A stretch of DNA of 33,535 nt from an uncultured virus (IMG/VR IMGVR_UViG_3300011474_000007) (Duplodnaviria; Heunggongvirae; Uroviricota; Caudoviricetes): positions 124,001-157,535 of IMG/VR virus record IMGVR_UViG_3300011474_000007, one strand, 5' to 3'. Below are positions 18,061-28,256 of the stretch, piece after piece (positions within the stretch are counted from its first letter, which is position 1; every line of letters begins with the position of its first letter). A program made the translations under genes and the position numbers. Under the pieces are notes generated by a model that saw nothing but the letters and a program-made list of their open reading frames with translations, was not told where the DNA came from and did no database searches.

Positions 18061-18708
18061 TTAATTCTTCCAATTATTAATATGTACTTTTATTTTTTCA
18101 TAAACATCTTTTGTATTATCATCAAAAACACTTATTCTTATTTCTGTTCTAGGATACTTTTTATCGTAGTCTAAATTTATAATTAAAGGATTAATATGAT
18201 TATAATTATCATCTACATACATTTTGCTTTTTACAAATAATCCATCATTTAAAAATTTTATTCCACCTGAGATGTTGTCGTTGTCTTTATTTGCTTTAGT
18301 TTCACTAAAGACCTTATATTCTACTAAAGAATTAGAAATGTTCAAGTTATCTAAATTATATTTTTTAGCTATCCAAGTACCTAAATTACCCCACTTATCT
18401 TTTTTATCATTCATAGTCATACGATTATTTATTATTAATATTTCATTTAAACTCATTGCTCCATATATACAGTCCTTTACAGTATATTTTTTCTTGCTAA
18501 TTGCTTGCTTTTTTGTTTTTTGTCGTCCACCTTTTGTTAATTTTGGAGTCCCATCTTTATTAAATAATTTAACGGTTTCTAATTTTGCGAAAGGTAAAAT
18601 TTTTGCAGTAGGATGTTTTTTTAAATAATATTGATGGTATTCATGTATTAACTCCCTATCTATTGTTATTAAATATGTATCTTTTATTGCTTTATTAATA
18701 TATATCAC
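18061..18708 (-). CDS. RusA-like Holliday junction resolvase
   Basis: DNDN...K...DGL...VDDN...PRTEI RusA signature; N-terminal extension. Confidence 0.7.
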   Translation of the reverse strand: MIYINKAIKDTYLITIDRELIHEYHQYYLKKHPTAKILPFAKLETVKLFNKDGTPKLTKGGRQKTKKQAISKKKYTVKDCIYGAMSLNEILIINNRMTMNDKKDKWGNLGTWIAKKYNLDNLNISNSLVEYKVFSETKANKDNDNISGGIKFLNDGLFVKSKMYVDDNYNHINPLIINLDYDKKYPRTEIRISVFDDNTKDVYEKIKVHINNWKN

Positions 18709-18753
18709 TTCCTCATATCTACTAATTTATTAAATTATTTTGTATTATTATGT

Positions 18754-19449
18754 TTATTTTATTTTTTCTTTCATCTCATCTTTAGTAGGTATCATTCCAC
18801 AACTTGACTTTCCTTCAGGACACCATAATAGGTATTTACAATGTGGAACTAAATATTCTTCTAATTGTGGTAAAACAGCTATTACTTCTTTTCTCATTTT
18901 AGTAGCTAATTCTCTAATTTCCCATTGGCTACGCAAACATAATCTTTTATGCATAAAATGAATTAAAGCCTCTAATGTAAATCCATATGTACCTTGAGTT
19001 TCACAACTTTCTAATAAACAATATCTTGCATCTTCGTTTGATTGCTCCTTATTTTTACCATCTTCTCTTAATATTTTTTGAATTTGAGAATAAGACGATA
19101 TACTTTCTACCATAAGTTTTCTATATATATCTAATGCTTTAGGATTGCTTTGTATAGAAGGTGGAATCACAAAATCTACTCCGTTCATATCACAATATCT
19201 TTGTGATTGTTGATTTAGTTCTATTCCTATTTTATGTCTATTCAGTTGTAATGAACATGCTCTAGATATTTCTTTTATTCTAAAATTAAAAAATATAGTC
19301 CTACTACCACTAAAGTGATTGTTTTTTAAACAATGTTTACCTACATTTTCAGCATATTTTAAAGGTGTATTATAGCATTGACAGGAAAATTCCCCCCAAT
19401 GTTTAAATAAGTTTTTTATTTCTTTGTAATTAATTAATGTTACTTCCAT
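18754..19449 (-). CDS. thyX: FAD-dependent thymidylate synthase
   Basis: ISRA, QLNRHK...QQSQRY, EDARY, RLC...QWEIRELA. Confidence 0.92.
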   Translation of the reverse strand: MEVTLINYKEIKNLFKHWGEFSCQCYNTPLKYAENVGKHCLKNNHFSGSRTIFFNFRIKEISRACSLQLNRHKIGIELNQQSQRYCDMNGVDFVIPPSIQSNPKALDIYRKLMVESISSYSQIQKILREDGKNKEQSNEDARYCLLESCETQGTYGFTLEALIHFMHKRLCLRSQWEIRELATKMRKEVIAVLPQLEEYLVPHCKYLLWCPEGKSSCGMIPTKDEMKEKIK

Positions 19450-19488
19450 TTTATTACCCCCTAATCATTAAATTATTTATAGTTAAGA

Positions 19489-20241
19489 TTATTTAATATC
19501 TTCTAATTCATTTCCAAAGAAATATGCAGTCTCATTATTGTTGAATAATATTTTATATTTTCTATACCCATTTAATACAATATGATTAGTGTAAACTTGT
19601 CCGACTTGACCTACATAGCCTATTAAGTGATGTGCTTTCTTAGGGCTATTAATCTGCTTAATCTTTACTTTACTACCTTCAGGAATAATAGGTTGATTAA
19701 ATAGAACTATTTTATATATCTCGTTCACAGTATTGTATACTAATTTGTTCTCAATACAATAATCTACTTCTGACTCTATATTAGAAAATAACTCGATATC
19801 ACTAAGGAATCTTCTACATAGCTCCTGACAGTCTGGTTGTATCTCTCTATGTAAACTTCTTAATAATCTTTCTTTGTCTTCTACATATATATAAATTCCT
19901 ATTACATTTTCTTTGCCTAGGTTTCTTATTATTTGCCTATATCCATTAGGCTCAATTACACATACATAATCATGTTTAGATAAATCAAAATTATTAAAAT
20001 CTTTATCTATGCAATAATGCCACTCTCTATATTTAGTATTTTCTAATAAACAGTTTTTAGATTCTAATTTTTTAAATTCATCTTCTGATATATAATGATA
20101 GTCTACACCTTCTTGCTCGCCTTCTCTTATTGGTCTTGTTGTTGTACTTATAATTCTTTTTAGACCTTTTTTTTCTAACATTTTTTCTACTGTAGATTTC
20201 CCACTGGCAGATTTTCCTAATATACAATATAATTTACCCAT
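19489..20241 (-). CDS. gmk: Guanylate kinase-like protein with a C-terminal extension
   Basis: GKSASGKS P-loop, STTTRPIREGEQEGVDYHY; ATG 20241. Confidence 0.85.
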   Translation of the reverse strand: MGKLYCILGKSASGKSTVEKMLEKKGLKRIISTTTRPIREGEQEGVDYHYISEDEFKKLESKNCLLENTKYREWHYCIDKDFNNFDLSKHDYVCVIEPNGYRQIIRNLGKENVIGIYIYVEDKERLLRSLHREIQPDCQELCRRFLSDIELFSNIESEVDYCIENKLVYNTVNEIYKIVLFNQPIIPEGSKVKIKQINSPKKAHHLIGYVGQVGQVYTNHIVLNGYRKYKILFNNNETAYFFGNELEDIK

Positions 20242-20245
20242 ATAG

Positions 20246-20413
20246 TTATTTACCACCTTTTCTAAAGTTTTTTATTTCTAATTTTAATTGCTCTAATATT
20301 TCCTTTTCTGTATCATATCTGCAATTAGTTTTTTCTATTATATTCATAGTTTGTGTATCATTTATTTCTGGTATGTATTTTTTAATAATCTTTATATACT
20401 TATTTATATTCAT
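20246..20413 (-). CDS. 55-aa hypothetical protein
   Basis: SD AAGGAG, MNINKYIKII...RKGGK*, abuts gmk; below track cutoff. Confidence 0.6.
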   Translation of the reverse strand: MNINKYIKIIKKYIPEINDTQTMNIIEKTNCRYDTEKEILEQLKLEIKNFRKGGK

Positions 20414-20426
20414 TTAATCGCGCTCC

Positions 20427-20582
20427 TTAAACTAATATCATAATGCTAATAAAGTATATTGCTAATCCAAATATTAATCCTATTGAATAATCATCTATTT
20501 TTGATATACTATCTTTTATTTTTCTCCCTATAAGCATTAATAAAGTTGAAATTATTGCAATCAATATAATCTTTAAAATCAT
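20427..20582 (-). CDS. 51-aa two-helix membrane protein
   Basis: SD AAGGAGGG, MILKIILIAIISTLLMLIG...GLIFGLAIYFISIMILV*. Confidence 0.65.
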   Translation of the reverse strand: MILKIILIAIISTLLMLIGRKIKDSISKIDDYSIGLIFGLAIYFISIMILV

Positions 20583-20830
20583 AATTCTACCCTCCTTTAA
20601 TTAAAATAAAAATTAAATCCTATAGTTATATTATCAAATGATTTTATATTTATGTTAACTTTGTAACTTCATTTAGTATTTTTTATATACTTTTAATGTC
20701 TGTTCGTTCTCATATTAATCAATCAAATAATTTATAATAATTACTAACAAGAAAATAATATTAATTAAATTATGAAGTCTTTTGTTGTTTTGTGTTTCTT
20801 CTCCTATTTATAATATATTTGAATCGTGAC

Positions 20831-21616
20831 TTAAACTATAGCATAATTTGTTATAATCAATTCTTTAAAATCTTTTCTTCCGTTCTCAGTTTTACAAACA
20901 CTATAATATAAATCATGAGTAATAATATTAAAGTCTTTAAATAACTTTCTTATATATTTATCATCATTTATAGTATATAACCACTTGCCTTTAGCTCTTT
21001 TACAACAATCAGCAAGTAGTTGGTATTTCTCATCTATAAAATTACCTACTGCATATTGTTTAGTATTTCTATAAGGACTATCCAAATAAAAGAATGTGTC
21101 TGGACTGTCATATATTTTGAATAAACCTTCAAATGATTTGTTTTCAATAGTAACTTTTTGCAATCTTTTATGTGCTTGTGGAATAGTCTTATCAATTTCT
21201 TCAAGTCTTAACCCATTTCTACTTTGACACTTTGTTCCAAAAACAGGATTTTTCATATCACTTGCAAATCCTGCATTTACAAGATAATAAAATACATGAG
21301 CCTTTTCTATACTATCTCCAAAATCATTTTCTTTATATTTTCTCTTGTATTCATTAAATGTTTCTCTGCTAACTAATGTATAATCAAAACTTCTAATAAA
21401 TTGGTCTGGTGCATTTTTAACTATTGCCCAAAAATTCATTAAATTACTATCAAAATCATTAAGTATTTCAACGCTAGAAGGCTCCTTGCCAAACAATAAC
21501 CATCCGGCACCACCAAATACTTCAACATAACATTTATGTTTTGGAATCAAAGGTATTAATGTATTTATAAGCTTTGATTTTCCACCTACCCACTTAATTG
21601 GACTTTTCAATTCCAT
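20831..21616 (-). CDS. D12-class DNA adenine methyltransferase (orphan)
   Basis: WVGGKS, YVEVFGGAG, LNDFD, motif IV DSPY, ELIITNY; SD GAGGAGG. Confidence 0.9.
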   Translation of the reverse strand: MELKSPIKWVGGKSKLINTLIPLIPKHKCYVEVFGGAGWLLFGKEPSSVEILNDFDSNLMNFWAIVKNAPDQFIRSFDYTLVSRETFNEYKRKYKENDFGDSIEKAHVFYYLVNAGFASDMKNPVFGTKCQSRNGLRLEEIDKTIPQAHKRLQKVTIENKSFEGLFKIYDSPDTFFYLDSPYRNTKQYAVGNFIDEKYQLLADCCKRAKGKWLYTINDDKYIRKLFKDFNIITHDLYYSVCKTENGRKDFKELIITNYAIV

Positions 21617-21737
21617 TCCTCCTCTATTTGTCGCCTTAATTTCATATTATGAAATAATATCATTTATATTTAAGATATATTTTAATACTTTTATATTATC
21701 AAATTATTTTATATTTATCAAGTAAATATTTTATAAA

Positions 21738-23888
21738 TTAGCTTAATTTGTATATTTTATCTGACTTTTTTAAAAATACTCCAACAGCATTCGGTCTACC
21801 TTTATAATATTCCATATCTGTTATTTGTTCTATGTCTATAATACTTAACGGAGCACACATATCCATAGTTGAATTATTTTTAGATTTTAATACCTTTACT
21901 CCTCTAGTACTTTTACTACCTTTAGAATTGATATTAGAAGTATTTATAACTAATACTTTATCTATAGATGACTTACATAAAATATCTATATCCTTCTCTA
22001 TTGTAAATTGATTAACTAAATTACTTTCTAAGTTTATAGCATTTTCTAATTTACTTCTTTTAGTTTTTGTTTCAAATGAAGATAAATCTATTTTAGCTAT
22101 TTTACCATTCTCAAAACAGTTAATTAAATATCCTTTTTTATAGTCTAGTATAGTTACCATATTAATTATTTCTTCATCTTTATCTAATTTTAATAATTGG
22201 GGTAAGTATTCCCCTAAATTTGAAGGCTTACATTCATCAATCTCATATTCATATATCTTATAACATATTCCTTTATTAGAGAATAATAATAGTGTTGATT
22301 TATTACTTGAATACATTTCTGAAATAATTTCATCACCATCTTTTAATTTTACACTATCTGATTTTTTCTTTAACTTTTTAAGATAGTTATCCTTAGTTAG
22401 AATACAATAAGTTGAATATTCTTCAATCATTTGTATTTCATCTATTTCTTTTATTTCATCTTCATATATTATTTTTGTTTGACGTGGTTTACCATAATTT
22501 TTTTTAACTTCTTTAAGTTGAGATATTATTATATTATTTATGGCTTCATCTGAAAATAAAGTGTTTTTTAATTGTAAAATTTCTTCTTTTAAATTATTTA
22601 TGTTTTGTATTCTTTTAAATATCCATTCTTCATTTATATTAACTAATTTTATTGTACTTATATATTCTGCTTGTTGTTGATTTAGGTTAAAATGGGATAT
22701 AAGTTTGTCTATAGCTCTTTTTTCTGTTTTTGAGGAACGTATTAGCTTTATAGCAATATCTAAATCTTTATTTATTATTTCTAATCCTTGTAATTTATTT
22801 AATTCAATTTGTAACTTATTAATATCAAATTTTAATTCATTTTTAATACAAGTTTGTCTATGTAATATCCATCTATCATATATATCTTTTAGAGACATCA
22901 ATATTGGAGTTTTTCCGTCTAAATCTAATATAGTAAAATTACAACTAAATTTAGACCTATAAGAAGTGTATTTCATTAACTTTTGTTCAAATTGTTGAAT
23001 ATTAGTATTTTTCTTTAAATATATATCTAATTGTATACCTTGTCTACCATTATTATTTTGAATGTGAGTAACTTCTTTAAACAATCCCTTTTCATATGAT
23101 TTCTCTAGCTTATCTTCTATGTCTTCAATATAAGTACCATAAGGAACTTCTATAATTGAAATATAGTTCTCTTCTTTATTGTAGATATAGCTTCCTGTTA
23201 AAGTAAAACTTCCTCTTCCTGTTTTATATATCTTTTTAAATATATTTTTATCATAAATGATTTTTCCGCCAAACCTATTAAAATCAGGACATTGTATTAT
23301 TTCTATAGATTTATCTATGTTATTATTTTTCAAATAATTCATTATACTATCACAAACTTGATTTAAGTTATGAGAAGGCATTTTACTAGCTTCTCCTACT
23401 GCAATGGATTGTGATGAATTAATTAATATATTAGGTATTATTGAAGGCAATATAATTGGCTCATATGTAGTATTGTCATAATTTCTCTTCATAGGAACTA
23501 TATTTTTATCTATACCCCTTAATAAGTCTTGACTATATTCAGATAGTTTACATTCTATATAACGTGGACTAGCCCCTACTCCTTCTTTTTTTCTTTTATC
23601 ACCAAAACTACCTTTAGGTGATAAATAATAATAATCTATTCCGTTGTTAGCCATATTTTTCATAGCTTGAGCTAATGGAATATCGCCAAAAACATAGTAA
23701 ACCATTGTCATTGCACTAGCTCTTAATAATTTAATAAAATTTTTATCACAAGTTACTTTATTCTTATGTAATGCCCATAAGACTTTCCTTTGGACAGGAA
23801 GTAGACCATCAATGCTAGGTAGATTATTTACAATTACTTCCCCAGCAAAATTAGTGAATTGTTCTTTAGTAACATCTATAATATGCAA
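21738..23888 (-). CDS. Type IIA topoisomerase subunit A (GyrA/ParC-like, divergent)
   Basis: LPSIDGLLPVQRK, GSFG, catalytic SPRYIE, IAVG...PSHNL; TTG start with SD AAGGAGG. Confidence 0.92.
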   Translation of the reverse strand: MHIIDVTKEQFTNFAGEVIVNNLPSIDGLLPVQRKVLWALHKNKVTCDKNFIKLLRASAMTMVYYVFGDIPLAQAMKNMANNGIDYYYLSPKGSFGDKRKKEGVGASPRYIECKLSEYSQDLLRGIDKNIVPMKRNYDNTTYEPIILPSIIPNILINSSQSIAVGEASKMPSHNLNQVCDSIMNYLKNNNIDKSIEIIQCPDFNRFGGKIIYDKNIFKKIYKTGRGSFTLTGSYIYNKEENYISIIEVPYGTYIEDIEDKLEKSYEKGLFKEVTHIQNNNGRQGIQLDIYLKKNTNIQQFEQKLMKYTSYRSKFSCNFTILDLDGKTPILMSLKDIYDRWILHRQTCIKNELKFDINKLQIELNKLQGLEIINKDLDIAIKLIRSSKTEKRAIDKLISHFNLNQQQAEYISTIKLVNINEEWIFKRIQNINNLKEEILQLKNTLFSDEAINNIIISQLKEVKKNYGKPRQTKIIYEDEIKEIDEIQMIEEYSTYCILTKDNYLKKLKKKSDSVKLKDGDEIISEMYSSNKSTLLLFSNKGICYKIYEYEIDECKPSNLGEYLPQLLKLDKDEEIINMVTILDYKKGYLINCFENGKIAKIDLSSFETKTKRSKLENAINLESNLVNQFTIEKDIDILCKSSIDKVLVINTSNINSKGSKSTRGVKVLKSKNNSTMDMCAPLSIIDIEQITDMEYYKGRPNAVGVFLKKSDKIYKLS

Positions 23889-23903
23889 TATGAAACCTCC
23901 TTT

Positions 23904-25952
23904 CTACTCTACATTGTTTAAATCTATATTTACTATGTTATATCTAATAAATTGTTTTCTATTGGTTGTATCATCTCCCATAAACATATCTAAATGATAT
24001 TGTATTTCTTCTTTCGTATTTTCATCATATTCTACTGGTATAAATGTTTTTTGTCTTGCCTCATCACTTAATACATAAGCCCAAAAATCCTCCTTATCAA
24101 ACTCGCCTAATCCTTTTTTAACACCTATTGTATAATCAATTTTATTATCTTGTAATTCTTTTATTTTCTTATTCTTCTCTTCTTCGTTATATACAAAAAT
24201 TGATTCACCTGTTTTTGTTAAAGTAAATTCAAATCTTGGTGATTGTACTAGAAATATTCTATTTTGTTTTACTAAAGTTGGCATATATTTATAAAAAAAA
24301 GTTATAAGTGATAAATTAATGGCTTTTCCAAAGGCATCAGCATCACAAAGAATACCTATTCTCCCATATTGTAAATTGTCTATATTAAAAGTTTGTATAT
24401 CTTTAAACTTCTTTCTTTCTTCATATGGGATTTCGATACCGCAGCCCAATGCTTTGATTACTCTTAAAGCAGGTTCATTATTTAAAACATCTGGTACTGA
24501 ACTTTTAAAGCTATTTATAAATCTACCTCTCAATCCACAACAACCCATTATTCTACTGTCTATAGAATCCTCTATTGTGCTATTTGCTGAAAGCCCTTCA
24601 TCTATTAAAAATATTCTTTCTTCGACTTTTGATTTTTTAAAATCACAATGTTTTACTCCTTGTACTCTATTTGAGATTCTTGTATTATTGTCTTGTAATT
24701 TTTTCTTTAATTCTTGTTTTGCTTTATCAGCTTTTGAATTTGCTCTCATGTTATTTAGTATTGTGTTACATATAAGTTTAGCTTCCATAGGATTTTCAAT
24801 AAAGTATATCTCTAATTGTTCTTTTAAGTAATCTGTCATATATTTTTTCATTAGATCTGAGTCTATTTTCTTCTTAGCTTGGTCTGTATAAATGGAAATT
24901 GTTGAATAAGTATCACTTATTATTATTAAACTATCTTTAATATCATCATATCTTATTTTTTTATCTTTTTTATCATACATTTTGTTACTATTTAAATATT
25001 TATCAATGGAATAGACAAAAGCATTTCTTATAAAATCATCTGGTGTACCACCATTAGATAGATAAGAACCATTATGATAGAATTCTATTAGTTGTTTTGT
25101 ATTATTAAAGGTAAATCCAATATTACATTTAATTTTATACTGTGGATTAACTTTATTAATGATATCATCAATTTTGTTGTTTTCTATACTATCTCTACCT
25201 TCTGTTTCAGTAGACCAATAAATAATATCAGTTAGATTTTTATCTTCACCATATTCTTTAATAAAATCGGTAATTCCATTTTCATAATAAAATTCTTCAT
25301 ATGTATCATTTATTTCATCTTTGAAAGTCAGTTTTAATCCTTTATTAACTATTGATTGTTGCTTTAGCATTAATCTTATAAAGTCTGAATTAGTATCATC
25401 ACCTGTTCTAAAAACATCTATGGAAGGTTTCCATGTTATAATAGTCCCAGTATGTGAATGATTATATCTTTTTTCTTGTAATTCACATTGTTGCCTACCT
25501 TTTTTATATTCTATAAAATATTTTTTACCATCTCTAAAGGATATGCATTGGAATATATCTGAACAAAAATTCGTTGCTTTAAGACCACAACCATTAGTAC
25601 CTAAACTAAAAAGGTATTTACCTTTATTTTTGGTGTTATCCATTTTTCCACCTGACCATAATTTACATAATGTTTTTTTATAAACATATTCTCCATTACT
25701 ATTTTTACCTAAAGGGATTCCTCTTCCGTTGTCTTTAACTGTTATAGATAAATCTTTATGTTTTATAACTTCTATTATATTTCCAAATCCTTCTCTTGAT
25801 TCATCTATTGAATTAGCTAAAACTTCCGTAAATAAATGATTATGATTTTCTATACCGATAGATGCAGGTTTGTGTCTTATGGCTTCTATTTCATCTTTAA
25901 ATGAATCTATTGAGTCATTTGTATATATATTGTTTTTTATTAAATCTGTCAT
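23904..25952 (-). CDS. Type IIA topoisomerase subunit B (GyrB/ParE-like, divergent)
   Basis: GHKL EVLANSIDE, DNGRGIP, GTNGCG; TOPRIM EGLSA, LRG, DAD; KGLGE. Confidence 0.92.
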   Translation of the reverse strand: MTDLIKNNIYTNDSIDSFKDEIEAIRHKPASIGIENHNHLFTEVLANSIDESREGFGNIIEVIKHKDLSITVKDNGRGIPLGKNSNGEYVYKKTLCKLWSGGKMDNTKNKGKYLFSLGTNGCGLKATNFCSDIFQCISFRDGKKYFIEYKKGRQQCELQEKRYNHSHTGTIITWKPSIDVFRTGDDTNSDFIRLMLKQQSIVNKGLKLTFKDEINDTYEEFYYENGITDFIKEYGEDKNLTDIIYWSTETEGRDSIENNKIDDIINKVNPQYKIKCNIGFTFNNTKQLIEFYHNGSYLSNGGTPDDFIRNAFVYSIDKYLNSNKMYDKKDKKIRYDDIKDSLIIISDTYSTISIYTDQAKKKIDSDLMKKYMTDYLKEQLEIYFIENPMEAKLICNTILNNMRANSKADKAKQELKKKLQDNNTRISNRVQGVKHCDFKKSKVEERIFLIDEGLSANSTIEDSIDSRIMGCCGLRGRFINSFKSSVPDVLNNEPALRVIKALGCGIEIPYEERKKFKDIQTFNIDNLQYGRIGILCDADAFGKAINLSLITFFYKYMPTLVKQNRIFLVQSPRFEFTLTKTGESIFVYNEEEKNKKIKELQDNKIDYTIGVKKGLGEFDKEDFWAYVLSDEARQKTFIPVEYDENTKEEIQYHLDMFMGDDTTNRKQFIRYNIVNIDLNNVE

Positions 25953-26028
25953 TACATCGCCCTTTCATTTTGTTATTAAATTATTTTATATTAAGGAGTA
26001 ATTTAATTAATTTAAATTATCATTTATT

Positions 26029-26106
26029 TTATTCAAGCTTACAACTCAATCTAAAAGCACAAACAAAACATAACAATATAAAACCATATATAATTATATC
26101 TATCAT
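26029..26106 (-). CDS. 25-aa single-helix membrane peptide
   Basis: SD GGGGTGA, MIDIIIYGFILLCFVCAFRLSCKLE*. Confidence 0.4.
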   Translation of the reverse strand: MIDIIIYGFILLCFVCAFRLSCKLE

Positions 26107-26120
26107 TTGTTTCACCCCAC

Positions 26121-26330
26121 TTATTTATCAAACGTATTTCTTATAAATAAAAATATATCGCATCCTAAGCACATAAAAAAACATATTGTAGCTACTGAAT
26201 TTAGGATAGGACAAAATGTTACTATAATATCTTTTGCTGATATTTGATGATATATATTGTACTTCATATATAAACTACATATAACACTCCCTATAATAGA
26301 AAATATGTAAATTATTATTAATGTATTCAT
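26121..26330 (-). CDS. Small membrane protein
   Basis: SD AGAGGAG; two hydrophobic segments, CPILN motif. Confidence 0.65.
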   Translation of the reverse strand: MNTLIIIYIFSIIGSVICSLYMKYNIYHQISAKDIIVTFCPILNSVATICFFMCLGCDIFLFIRNTFDK

Positions 26331-26355
26331 AAATTTTCTCCTCTTTTGTCATTTT

Positions 26356-26384
26356 TATTTTATCAAATTATTTGATATTAATCA
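26356..26384 (-). promoter_or_regulatory. sigmaA promoter with the recurrent AAATAATTTRAT motif in its spacer
   Basis: TTGATT-AATATCAAATAATTTGA-TAAAAT (17-nt spacer). Confidence 0.55.
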
Positions 26385-26534
26385 AGCATGTTTAATTATT
26401 TTTTAAATTGTTTTATATGAAAATAAACTCCTAAAAAACAAGGACTATTAATTATTGTCCATTTATTTAATTTAACTCATTACAAAATAGACTATACTAC
26501 CTATATCATATCCAAAAACTAATAACCCTTTTTA

Positions 26535-27119
26535 CTATTTGATTATTCCTGACTTCCAACAGTTTCTACATAATGCTATATAAGATTCATTACCTCCTAT
26601 TTGTATTTGTTCTCCATCATAAATAACTTTGTCATTCTGTATCCTCGCATTTTGAGTGGCTTTATTTCCACAATGGCACATAGTTTTTAATTCTTCTATC
26701 TTGTCTGCTATTTCCATTAATCTTTTACTTGCAGAAAATAAATTAGATTTAAAATCTGTTCTTAATCCATAACATATTACATTAGTATTATATTTGTCTA
26801 CTATTTTAGCTAATTCGTCTATATGATATGATTGAAAGAATTGAACTTCATCACATAAAATAACATCGGGAAATTTGTCTATAAATATATCTTCATATAT
26901 ATTTAAAATATTATCTCTTTTATGTATGATTAAAGCATTTCTTGATAAGCCTATTCTTGTTGTTATTTTGCCTTTACCATATCTATCATCTATTGATGAA
27001 GTCAGTAGCCATACTTTTTGATCTCTTTCTTCATAGTTATAAGCCGTTTTTAATAAATCAATAGACTTTCCCGCTCCCATACAAGACCATTTAAAATATA
27101 ATTTAGCTATTTTAATCAC
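26535..27119 (-). CDS. tdk: Thymidine kinase (true start probably ATA 27110)
   Basis: MGAGKS, DEVQF, YGLRTDF, CHCG...C..C zinc site. Confidence 0.95.
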   Translation of the reverse strand: MIKIAKLYFKWSCMGAGKSIDLLKTAYNYEERDQKVWLLTSSIDDRYGKGKITTRIGLSRNALIIHKRDNILNIYEDIFIDKFPDVILCDEVQFFQSYHIDELAKIVDKYNTNVICYGLRTDFKSNLFSASKRLMEIADKIEELKTMCHCGNKATQNARIQNDKVIYDGEQIQIGGNESYIALCRNCWKSGIIK

Positions 27120-27136
27120 CTTCCAACTATATATTT

Positions 27137-27715
27137 TTATACTGCAAAATTATTCTGTAATTGATGAATTAAAATATAAAACTCCTTATGGTTATTTACT
27201 CTTAACCCATTCCATTTATCATTCCAAGGTTGCGTATAGGCTATAGCTATGCCACCTTGATTCTTCCATTCTACTAAGTTATTTATATTGTCATCAAGCA
27301 ATACTCGATTGTCTCTAGCTAATAATGATTTATCTCCAGTAAATATTAAATCTTTCTCAACATTTATAAAAGGTAAATACTCTTCTATCCACTTCACTTT
27401 TTCACTAACACAATAATTTGAATTGTATTGAGGCAAAGTTATTATTTTAATTTTAAAACCTTTGTTATGTAATATTGTAGCAATATCTATTGAATTATTG
27501 ACAGGGCTGCCTTTATAAAAAGCACCCTTTTCTAATAATAAATTTTCAAAATATTTTTTACTGGCTTTCTTACAATCACTTCACCAATATGATTTATTAT
27601 CATTAGATTTCATATTATCATTAAACTTTTTATTATATTTGTCTATTATAATATAAGAGCTTAAATCATATAAAACTTCGTCCATATCATAAAATATTTC
27701 TAACTGCTTAGACAT
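27137..27715 (-). pseudogene. 5'(3')-deoxyribonucleotidase (NT5C/HAD) with an in-frame stop
   Basis: SD GAGGAG, ATG 27715, DMDEV motif I; TGA at 27581-27583 in frame with track ORF 27137-27436 (EKVKW, LLDD, PWN). Confidence 0.85.
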
Positions 27716-27716
27716 T

Positions 27717-28256
27717 CTACTCCTCACTTTCTGTGTCATTTTTTATGAATTCCATTATATCTTCAAAGTGTCTAAACATTTTACCATGACTATCTATACC
27801 CCCTTTATTATATTGATTAATTCCAAAAGGCATATCAAACTCTTCATATCCTTTACTATCAAGTCTTATATCACTACAATGTGCTAATATAGTTTTATAT
27901 GGTACTTTATCTAATATTTCTTGTGGTGTCATACCATCTTTTAACATATCTAAAATAATATTAATTCCACTACATACCCCCATCTCATAACATAAACCAT
28001 CATCTGTGTTCATTTCTATGTCTGCTGTTATATATTTAGATTCTATAATTTGATTAGTATCACCCCAAAATATTTCTTTTGCAGTAGGTTGAGTAGTAGC
28101 TTTGTCATTAAATGGTGCAGTAATAGGATTATAAATATCTAAGTTTGATCCTGAAACTCTTAATTGCCTTTCTTCAAGTTTACGTTTGTTAATTTCAGAA
28201 TCAGAGAACATTCCTCCTCCTATATAACATTTAATAGGTTTATTTGTTTTGTTCAT
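27717..28256 (-). CDS. Nucleoside 2-deoxyribosyltransferase family protein
   Basis: YIGGGMFS, YNP, IFWGD, DDGLCYEMG with the catalytic Glu. Confidence 0.85.
   Translation of the reverse strand: MNKTNKPIKCYIGGGMFSDSEINKRKLEERQLRVSGSNLDIYNPITAPFNDKATTQPTAKEIFWGDTNQIIESKYITADIEMNTDDGLCYEMGVCSGINIILDMLKDGMTPQEILDKVPYKTILAHCSDIRLDSKGYEEFDMPFGINQYNKGGIDSHGKMFRHFEDIMEFIKNDTESEE

Noticed and set aside
27581..27583. TGA-to-Trp recoding
   Set aside because: Other genes use TGG for Trp and TGA as a stop (8374, 14174)
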